A stretch of 64,000 nt of DNA. Origin: Bacteroidia bacterium (GTDB lineage Bacteria; Bacteroidota; Bacteroidia; AKYH767-A; 2013-40CM-41-45). The stretch spans positions 4,364-68,363 of the forward strand of contig JBBRAY010000017.1 in the NCBI GenBank assembly GCA_038206355.1. The letters run 5' to 3'. Positions 56,425 to 64,000 of the stretch are shown piece by piece; position 1 is the stretch's first letter, and each line of letters begins with the position of its first letter. Below the pieces are notes generated by a model. It was given only the letters and a program-made list of their open reading frames with translations. It was not told the DNA's origin and did not search any database. The position numbers were made by a program, and so were the translations under genes.

Positions 56425-59400
56425 ATGAAAAAAATTACATTCATTTGGGCATCTATGTTTTTGCTGTTATTTACGGCAATTACAAGCACATTTGCTATCT
56501 CACCTACAAGCGATTGTGGAACCAATGGCAGCCAGCAAATTACTGTTAACAACAATAACTGCAACACGACTTCATTCGATTTCAGTTCATCTATTGGAAG
56601 TCCTTCATTGAGTGGCACTTGTGCAAGCGGCGGGACCCAGGATGGCTGGGGATGGTTCAATGCAAATGGAACATCTACAACCGTATCAGCAACACCCTCA
56701 GGAAGTAACCCCAGAAACATTGCGCTGATGATTTATACAGGAACATGTGGTTCTTTATCCTTGGTTACATGCATAAATGCCAGTTCAGGGTCGGGTACTG
56801 AAAGCGTGACTTTCACTTCAGTAAATGGAGTAAATTACTTTATTAGGGTCGTGAGAATGTCGGGTACGTCAAATAGTTCAGAAAATGATGTTTGTGTTAC
56901 GAATAATGTCCCTCCTGTTATTTCAGGATTCTCACCTTCATCAGGATGTGTGGGATCAACGTTAACAATTAACGGCACCAATCTTAACAATGCTACATCA
57001 GTAAAAATCGGAGGCACCAATGCAGCAATTATCTCCAATAGTTCAACAGTAATAACTGCCACCGTAGGAAGCGGTACTACAGGTATCGTTTCTGTAACAT
57101 CTTCAGGAGGTACAGCTAACGGTTCAGGAACATTTACTGTAAACCAGCTTCCTGTTCTTTACACGGTTTCCGGTGGCGGTGCTTATTGTCCGGGCGATGC
57201 CGGAATGCCGGTTAACCTGAGTAATTCAGAAGTCGGAGTTTCATATCAGTTAAAATTAGGAGCATCCAATTCAGGTTCACCGGTTTCAGGTACGGGCGGT
57301 GCATTTTCTTTTGGAAATCAGACAAGCACAGGAACGTATACCGTAGTCGCAACAACCGGAGCCGGCTGCGGACGCACGATGTCGGGAAACGCAGCTGTTA
57401 GTACAAACACAAATGCCGGAATCAGTTCTCAACCTCCAAACAGAACCATCTGTGAAAATGCAAATACGAGTTTCTCTGTAACAGCAAATGGTACAGGTCC
57501 TTATAGCTATCAATGGCAGGACAACAGCACAGGAAGTATGGCTGACATTTCAGGAGCAACAAATTCTTCTTTTAGTGTTTCCGGCGCATCACTTGGAATG
57601 AGTGGTAGACAATACCATGTATTGGTAACGGGCGCCTGTGGTCCGGTTGTAACTTCCAACACGGTTTCACTTACTGTCAATCCGATACCCGTTGTATCAG
57701 TTTCACCTACTCCATCAAATGCAATGGTTTGCGGTACAGGATCGGTTACGCTTGCAGCTTCCGGCGCAACAACTTACAGCTGGACACCGGGTGGATCATC
57801 TAGTGCATCTATATCAGTATCACCTCTTACAACTACTAACTATACTGTTACAGGTACTACAACAGGATGCTCTTCAACAGCAACACAAAGCGTAACTGTT
57901 AATCCGGCGGTTACTGCTCTGGCGTCAGCTTCTCTTACCACGCTTTGTGAAGGCGGTAATTCAGCACTGGCAGCCGCCGGAGGAAATACAACCAATTATA
58001 ATATCACATCCATACCATACAGCGGCCCGCTTGGATCAGGTTCAAGTGCTGTTTCCGGAGATGATGTCGTTTCAGGATCAGTAACGATACCATTTACATT
58101 CAGCTACTACGGTATAAATTATAACAACCTGTATGTTTATACCAATGGTTTTGTTCAGTTGGGAAGCAGTTCAAACTCAACAACTGTTTACGGACAAACA
58201 CTTCCATCGGCATCAAATCCGAATAATATAATTGCCGGTGTATTGTCTGACCTGAATGCTTCTTCAAATACCATTTCAACTTTTACCACGGGCTCTTCGC
58301 CAAATCGTGTGTTTAGTATTTATTATAACAACGTCCAGTTTTATTGCAGCGGAACTTCAGGTGGATGTTCAAGTAACAAAAGAGGAAATGCAAATTTTCA
58401 GATACGCTTATATGAGAACTCAAACATCATAGAAGTGCATTTACAAAATGTCGCAAATAGTTCCACCACTTCAGGTTCATTAAAATCCTGTGGACTGGAA
58501 AACGCAAATGGTACGTCGGCTAAAGTTCCTACCGGCAGAAATGGCAGTGATGGCAACTGGATGGTTTCTACTCCTGAAGCGTGGCGCTTTACGCCAGGTG
58601 GTGGAACGCTTACTTATTCATGGTCTCCTACAACATACCTCACAGACGAAACGATCAGTGATCCGACAGCACAGAATATGTTGTTAAGTCAAAACTATAT
58701 TGTTACGGTTACTGATCAAAACGGATGTACCGATGTATCACAGGCAGCAGCGATTACTGTAAATCCACTGCCGAATGTTACCATTACTCCTGCCGGACCT
58801 ACAGCATTTTGCGCAGGGGGAAATGTTACACTAACGGCACCGGCAGGTATGTCATCTTATTCATGGAATACAACCCCGGTACAAACAACACAAAGTATCG
58901 TTGTAAATACACAGGCCGGTTATATTGTTACAGGTACCAATTCAAACGGTTGTTCCAATACAGCAACACAGGTAATAACGGTTTATGATACTTTGCCTGC
59001 TGCAATTATTGTAATAGGAAACAGTAACCTCTGCACCGGGCAAACAACTACGGATCTTCTGGCATTCCAGTCCAATGCAGTAAGTTATTTATGGAATACA
59101 TCTTCGGGAACTGATTTGATCACCGTATCCACTTCAGGAATTTATTCTGTATCAGTAACTGACAATCATGGATGCCTGCACAACCAAAGTCAGGCAATAA
59201 CAGAATCATCAGCGCCGGTAGCTCCCATTATACAAGCCCTGGGATCTATTGTTTTATGTTCTGACGGAATAACAACTACAAGTGTTGTACTCAGTACCAC
59301 CAACTACTCCTCAGATCTTTTATGGAGTACCAGTGAAACTACGCCGGATATTACCGCAGATTATGGTGACAATTTTATTGTTACCTATACAGATGCCAAC

Positions 59401-61335
59401 GGATGCTATTCATCTTCAAATACAATAACGACTGAAGTGAGGGACTTTTCATTAGATCCTTCATCTGCTTTGAATAACTCATCTTACGGAGAGATATGCT
59501 CAGGATCTCCTGCATCACTCACTGTAAACGGAGGTGCATTGGCAGTTGACGCAACCTGGGTGTGGTATGAAGGCGCATGCGGAAATGGTATTGCTGTAGC
59601 ATCAGGAACATCTGCAGCTCCAATTCCTACAGGTGGTGGGATGCATCATTATTATGTAAGAGCCGAAGGGTATTGCAATGTCACCAATTGCGTCCCGGTA
59701 TCAGTAAGGGTGCGTACATCAGTTCCTTTATCTACCGTAAATGTGAATTCCGCACCTGCTTCAGCATGTACAGGAAATACGGCAGCGATTTCAGTAAGCA
59801 CTGTATCAAACGCTTCTTATTATTCATGGAGCGGTCCATCAGGCGTATTGTTTGATGGCGTTGCAGGTCCTTATCAAACTACTGCTACAGGTGTTGTAAC
59901 CACATTCGGTTCATTACCTTCCGGATCAGGTTATAGTATTTGTGCTTTTGCGGGAAATGCCTGCGGACAAAGCGGTACAATCTGCAAATGGGTTCGCGCC
60001 AAACTTACTACTCCCGGTGCAATTTCAGGCAGCACTACCGGTTGCCCGAATACAAATTCGATTTATAGTGTAGATCCTGTGGCAGGTGCTGATACTTATA
60101 CATGGACAGTATCAGGAAACGATGCAACATTAAACGGAACATCACTTTCAACAACCACAACCTCTACTCCGAATGTATCGGTTGATTTCGCCGCTCCGTT
60201 TACAGTTGCTACACTTCAAGTTTATGCTTCACTGAGTTGTGGCTATAACAGCGCATCAAGAAGTCTTGCCATCAGCCGCAATCCTGCAGCGCCGGGAACA
60301 ATGTCAGGCATTTCATACGTCTGTCCTCAGGGCAGTGCGATGTATTCAATATCCCCGGTAAACGGGGCGGCAAGTTATAACTGGTCATGTTCTGTTCCCG
60401 GAGCCATCATAAGCCCGGCAGGAAATACGGCAAACATATTTTTCCCTACCACTATTCCGGGTGGATCTGTGGTTTGCGTAACGGCATTGAGTGGATGCGG
60501 ATATCCAAGTATAACAAGGTGTAAAGGAATTGCAACAGGTATTCCAAATACACCTGCCAATATCATTGGTCCTGCGCTCGGACAGTGTGGCGAAAACGGA
60601 GTATCCTATTCAATACCTCCGGTAAACAGCGCAACTTCATACCAATGGAATGTTTCCAATGGAAATGCATCAATAGTAGGTCCAAATAACCTGAGTTCAA
60701 TCGCTGTTGATTTCACCGGAAGTCTGAATAATGTACAGTTGTCCGTTTATGCCATCAACAATTGTGGAGTCAGCGTAACACGTACATTGAGCGTCTTCGG
60801 CAAACCGGGAAATCCTTCAGCGATCCAGGGGAATAATTCTGTGTGTAATGGATCTGTTGAAAGTTATACTACAGGCGGATCAGCAGGCGCTACAACATTA
60901 ACATGGGTGGTACCGAATACTGCCACCATTCTTGGAGGACAAGGCTCTGCAAACATCCTGGTGCTTTGGGGAAGTTCAGGTGGTCAGCTAAAAGTAATTG
61001 CTGTAAACGATTGCGGAAGTTCCTCATATGTTATCCTGCCGGTTAATGTTACCTGCCGCCAGTCACAAATAAGCAACACATTTGAAAGTGACGTTAAGAT
61101 TTATCCTAACCCTGCACACGATAAGATGAAAGTGGAAATATCCTCTTTGATTTCTGACCGTGCAAACATTGAATTAATTAATACCATCGGCGAAATTGTT
61201 TACCGTTCAGAATTAAAAATTAATGAAGGCACTAACGTGATTGAGCTAAACCTTGAAAATATGGCAAAAGGATTCTATAACCTTTCTGTTAAGGGATCCT
61301 CAATCAATGCTCAGCAGCGTATTGTAATTGAATAA
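56425..61335 (+). CDS. Giant (1636-aa) cell-surface adhesin-like protein with IPT/TIG and many Ig/PKD-like Cys-containing repeats and T9SS C-terminal sorting domain
   Basis: Signal peptide. IPT-like segment (PPVISGFSPSSGCVGSTLTINGTNLNNATSVKIGG). More than 12 repeats of the ...C.G....L.A.GG..YSW...form. The C-terminus (DVKIYPNPAHDKMKVEISS...GFYNLSVKGSSINAQQRIVIE) is T9SS sorting-domain-like. A 520-bp AT-rich leader lies upstream. Confidence 0.75.
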   Translation: MKKITFIWASMFLLLFTAITSTFAISPTSDCGTNGSQQITVNNNNCNTTSFDFSSSIGSPSLSGTCASGGTQDGWGWFNANGTSTTVSATPSGSNPRNIALMIYTGTCGSLSLVTCINASSGSGTESVTFTSVNGVNYFIRVVRMSGTSNSSENDVCVTNNVPPVISGFSPSSGCVGSTLTINGTNLNNATSVKIGGTNAAIISNSSTVITATVGSGTTGIVSVTSSGGTANGSGTFTVNQLPVLYTVSGGGAYCPGDAGMPVNLSNSEVGVSYQLKLGASNSGSPVSGTGGAFSFGNQTSTGTYTVVATTGAGCGRTMSGNAAVSTNTNAGISSQPPNRTICENANTSFSVTANGTGPYSYQWQDNSTGSMADISGATNSSFSVSGASLGMSGRQYHVLVTGACGPVVTSNTVSLTVNPIPVVSVSPTPSNAMVCGTGSVTLAASGATTYSWTPGGSSSASISVSPLTTTNYTVTGTTTGCSSTATQSVTVNPAVTALASASLTTLCEGGNSALAAAGGNTTNYNITSIPYSGPLGSGSSAVSGDDVVSGSVTIPFTFSYYGINYNNLYVYTNGFVQLGSSSNSTTVYGQTLPSASNPNNIIAGVLSDLNASSNTISTFTTGSSPNRVFSIYYNNVQFYCSGTSGGCSSNKRGNANFQIRLYENSNIIEVHLQNVANSSTTSGSLKSCGLENANGTSAKVPTGRNGSDGNWMVSTPEAWRFTPGGGTLTYSWSPTTYLTDETISDPTAQNMLLSQNYIVTVTDQNGCTDVSQAAAITVNPLPNVTITPAGPTAFCAGGNVTLTAPAGMSSYSWNTTPVQTTQSIVVNTQAGYIVTGTNSNGCSNTATQVITVYDTLPAAIIVIGNSNLCTGQTTTDLLAFQSNAVSYLWNTSSGTDLITVSTSGIYSVSVTDNHGCLHNQSQAITESSAPVAPIIQALGSIVLCSDGITTTSVVLSTTNYSSDLLWSTSETTPDITADYGDNFIVTYTDANGCYSSSNTITTEVRDFSLDPSSALNNSSYGEICSGSPASLTVNGGALAVDATWVWYEGACGNGIAVASGTSAAPIPTGGGMHHYYVRAEGYCNVTNCVPVSVRVRTSVPLSTVNVNSAPASACTGNTAAISVSTVSNASYYSWSGPSGVLFDGVAGPYQTTATGVVTTFGSLPSGSGYSICAFAGNACGQSGTICKWVRAKLTTPGAISGSTTGCPNTNSIYSVDPVAGADTYTWTVSGNDATLNGTSLSTTTTSTPNVSVDFAAPFTVATLQVYASLSCGYNSASRSLAISRNPAAPGTMSGISYVCPQGSAMYSISPVNGAASYNWSCSVPGAIISPAGNTANIFFPTTIPGGSVVCVTALSGCGYPSITRCKGIATGIPNTPANIIGPALGQCGENGVSYSIPPVNSATSYQWNVSNGNASIVGPNNLSSIAVDFTGSLNNVQLSVYAINNCGVSVTRTLSVFGKPGNPSAIQGNNSVCNGSVESYTTGGSAGATTLTWVVPNTATILGGQGSANILVLWGSSGGQLKVIAVNDCGSSSYVILPVNVTCRQSQISNTFESDVKIYPNPAHDKMKVEISSLISDRANIELINTIGEIVYRSELKINEGTNVIELNLENMAKGFYNLSVKGSSINAQQRIVIE

Positions 61336-61373
61336 AAATAAATCAGAAAAACTTTCAGTGGCTCATCCAAAAG

Positions 61374-61404
61374 AAAATGCCCTTCAAATTGAAGGGCATT
61401 TTCT
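61374..61404. terminator. Bidirectional terminator hairpin between the convergent adhesin gene and the DUF2723 gene
   Basis: AAATGCCCTTCA-AAT-TGAAGGGCATTT is a perfect 12-bp stem. It is flanked by T-rich sequence on the plus strand and A-rich on the minus strand. Confidence 0.7.
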
Positions 61405-61417
61405 TTATTAGTAATTT

Positions 61418-64000
61418 CTACATCCCTGCCTGTGAGGCAAGGTCATTAAACTTCTTATCCAGCTTCTCAGCCAATTCTTTCTGATCCGTTTGTTTCACAA
61501 TGCCTGATACAGCCTGCAAGATATATAGTGCCTGGTTCATATCCTGTTCTACAAACTTGAAATACTTGGTGCCCTTCAAAGACAAATAATAATTCAGGTT
61601 GTCGGCATAAATATCGCTGAGCCGTGTAAGAATTGAGTTTGCTTTATCTACCCATTCTTTTTTCTTACTCAACTCCACATCAGCATTTGCCAGAGCCGGA
61701 TCAAACGGTATGTTTGTTACGCCTGCCGCGCGGTAGTACAACTCTCCGATCTTCGTCATGAAATAATTGTAAGGAATCGTCTTGTCGGGCGTAACCTCCA
61801 CGCATTTATCAAGCACAGCAATTGCCGAATCCTTCTTTCCTTCGTTTAGTAATTCCTCAGCCAGACGGCCAAAGTTGATGCGGAAATTCGTCGTCATACG
61901 CGTGTTGTTTTCATCGAGATAAACGCGCTCATCATTCATATTTCCCCACACAAATTCAGACATTACATTCTTGTACATCACATCTGTTTCCACTCTGCCG
62001 GGAACGATGTCATTTTTCTTTTCGGTACGGATGGGAACAATCCGGTAGGTAAGGCCTTCCAGCTGAAAATATGGTTCAAGGTTCATAAAATTATCTGAAC
62101 CCACTGTGGTTGCAAAGTAAACCGGTCGCTTCCAGTTGTTATTGGCAAGGATATTCAGCACCATGAGGTCATTCTTCATCAGGTACCCCCCGTCAATAGT
62201 CCAGTCCATTACTTTTACAATTTTATCAGCATCTTTAGCAGCTACTGTTCCGCTGTTAACGGCTGCTGCAGAATCCACAGTAATCTTGAAATGTTTGGTT
62301 GGATAATAATTCACCGACTCCCCGCCTTGTGTTCTCGCTTTCGCCGACTCATCATCGTTGCCCATAAAGTCAACAATTTCCTTTAATTCAACCGGACCTT
62401 TCAGGCCGCGGTCATAAAACGGAATATAATCCCTTTTGCCGAGAGAGTATTTTTCAGTGGCCCATGAAATATTGATCGGATCGCTGTCATAATATTTCCG
62501 TTTCAACTGATTGATGTACCAGTCAGTATTCAGGAGCGACAAATTCACTACACGGACATCCGTCCGAACACCTTCCACTTCCTGGGCATACCACAATGGG
62601 AATGTATCATTGTCGCCATTTGTAAAGATGATTGCATTGGGTGCACATGAATTCAGGTAGTCTGTCGCAAAGTCACGCGAAGTATAACGGAAAGAACGGT
62701 CGTGATCATTCCATTCAGCTTTAGCCATGATTGCAGGTACAACGAGTCCGACAACGGTTGCGAGGACTGCGGCTACATTGCCGGAAGATTTTTTTCGTAT
62801 CCATTCAAAAATCTGCAGTACACCAATACCGATCCACATTGCAAATGCATAGGTGGAGCCTGCATAAGCATAGTCACGTTCACGCGGCTGAAGCGGAGGA
62901 CCATTTAAGTAAATCACAATTGCAATTCCTGTAAAGAAGAACAATAACAAAACAATCCAGGCATCGTGCTTGTCGCGTTTAAAATGGAAATATAAACCGA
63001 GCAGACCAAGGATGAATGGAATGCCGTAAAGAAAATTCCGCGCCTTGTTATTTTTTAATTGTTCTGATAATTTGTCCTGTGGCCCCAGGCGCATTTCATC
63101 AATGAATTTGATACCACTCATCCAGTTTCCTTTGGTGATTCCGCCCGGCCCCTGAATGTCATTCTGACGTCCTACATAATTCCACAAAAAATAACGCCAG
63201 TACATTTCTCCAACCTGATAGGTAAAAAAGAATTTAAGATTCTCGCCAAATGTCGGTGTGCGGTCACCTTTGATATCGGCCCACTTTTTATATTCCGCGA
63301 CATGGTTATCCTGACTGCTGTACATCCGTGGGAAAATGGTGCTTTTGCTGTCATCATAAATAGGAATTACTTTTCTTCCTGCTTCAACATATTTATCCAC
63401 CCCTTCTATTTTTGCATACTGCATAGAACCTTGTTCCTGGTTCACAACTTTTGCATTGAAATATTGTCCATAGAAAAGCGGCCTGTCCCCATATTGCTCA
63501 CGGTTGAGGTAACTTACAAAGTTGAATACATTGTCAGGATTGTTTTCGTCGAGTGGAGGTTCTACCTGACTGCGGATTACAATCATGGCAAAGGATGAAT
63601 ATCCGATCAGCACAAAAGCAAAGCTGATCACGGCAGTATTCCAGTGCACTAAATTTTTTCTTTTGGTGTATCTCAATCCCCACACTACACCGATAATAAT
63701 CAGTGCAATATAAAATGTGAATCCGCTCCAGAATGGAAGTCCCATCGTATTCACAAAAAGCAATTCAAATTTACTTCCCAATACAAATAATCCCTGGATC
63801 ACCCCGAACTGAATAAATCCGAGAATGAGCATTCCAAGTGAGGCCGTATAAAAAATTCCTTTTTTTGTTGGTTTGTATTTTCTGAAATAATAAACAAAAC
63901 CCAGTGCAGGGATCGTAAGTAGGTTCAGTAAGTGAACGCCGATAGAGAGTCCCATCAGGTAGGCGATGAGGATAATCCACCGGAGGTTATGCGGTTCATC
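61418..64000 (-). CDS. DUF2723-like polytopic membrane protein with a C-terminal TPR-like domain. It is 5'-truncated, with the N-terminus beyond the window end
   Basis: More than 845 aa. Multiple TM helices then a soluble helical repeat tail. Family members usually have about 100 more N-terminal residues. The frame is still open at 64000. Confidence 0.55.
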   Translation of the reverse strand, partial: DEPHNLRWIILIAYLMGLSIGVHLLNLLTIPALGFVYYFRKYKPTKKGIFYTASLGMLILGFIQFGVIQGLFVLGSKFELLFVNTMGLPFWSGFTFYIALIIIGVVWGLRYTKRKNLVHWNTAVISFAFVLIGYSSFAMIVIRSQVEPPLDENNPDNVFNFVSYLNREQYGDRPLFYGQYFNAKVVNQEQGSMQYAKIEGVDKYVEAGRKVIPIYDDSKSTIFPRMYSSQDNHVAEYKKWADIKGDRTPTFGENLKFFFTYQVGEMYWRYFLWNYVGRQNDIQGPGGITKGNWMSGIKFIDEMRLGPQDKLSEQLKNNKARNFLYGIPFILGLLGLYFHFKRDKHDAWIVLLLFFFTGIAIVIYLNGPPLQPRERDYAYAGSTYAFAMWIGIGVLQIFEWIRKKSSGNVAAVLATVVGLVVPAIMAKAEWNDHDRSFRYTSRDFATDYLNSCAPNAIIFTNGDNDTFPLWYAQEVEGVRTDVRVVNLSLLNTDWYINQLKRKYYDSDPINISWATEKYSLGKRDYIPFYDRGLKGPVELKEIVDFMGNDDESAKARTQGGESVNYYPTKHFKITVDSAAAVNSGTVAAKDADKIVKVMDWTIDGGYLMKNDLMVLNILANNNWKRPVYFATTVGSDNFMNLEPYFQLEGLTYRIVPIRTEKKNDIVPGRVETDVMYKNVMSEFVWGNMNDERVYLDENNTRMTTNFRINFGRLAEELLNEGKKDSAIAVLDKCVEVTPDKTIPYNYFMTKIGELYYRAAGVTNIPFDPALANADVELSKKKEWVDKANSILTRLSDIYADNLNYYLSLKGTKYFKFVEQDMNQALYILQAVSGIVKQTDQKELAEKLDKKFNDLASQAGM

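Overview
This is a 64-kb chromosomal window from a Bacteroidota-type genome (judged only from gene content; no 16S or other taxonomic marker is present). Roughly a dozen proteins here carry the 'FPNPA...' C-terminal sorting domain of type IX secretion (T9SS), which is the basis for that call. It breaks into three parts.

1-17.5 kb is a copper/heavy-metal resistance island, all on the plus strand. It holds two multicopper oxidases, one of which carries a T9SS secretion tail. It also holds a CusA/CzcA RND pump (frameshifted into two ORFs) with a TolC-like channel and two periplasmic adaptors. Three proteins share the same ~25-aa CxxC metal-binding domain, one of them with a Met-rich MKDG-repeat segment. 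The island is completed by a GDCCVxC mini-protein and a His-rich CPH-type P1B ATPase.

17.5-33.8 kb is housekeeping: folC, the menaquinone genes mqnD and mqnB, queD, folE, a BI-1 family protein, fabD, ispG, a GH3-family protein and a deoxynucleoside kinase. These are interspersed with T9SS cargo genes and several unusual intergenic repeat arrays: an 8-mer array upstream of fabD, GA/TC-rich inverted arrays around a 'four-helix-bundle' gene, and a ~48-bp tandem repeat.

The most unusual locus is 33.9-39.7 kb, a duplicated two-gene cassette. Each copy has a near-identical ~250-bp leader, a ~295-aa T9SS cargo protein and a Gly-rich fibre-like protein. The two fibre genes have unrelated N-termini but share a ~314-nt block that is ~98% identical. 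The second fibre gene is full length, ending in a phage tail-spike 'intramolecular chaperone' (peptidase S74) module fused to a T9SS sorting domain. It is interrupted by a G-run frameshift and an in-frame TAG.

39.7-48.7 kb is an aryl-polyene/flexirubin-like lipid-pigment cluster. Beyond that lie ispG, more T9SS cargo genes, a polysaccharide deacetylase, a 1636-aa Ig-repeat adhesin and a truncated DUF2723 membrane protein. No rRNA, tRNA or CRISPR array was found.
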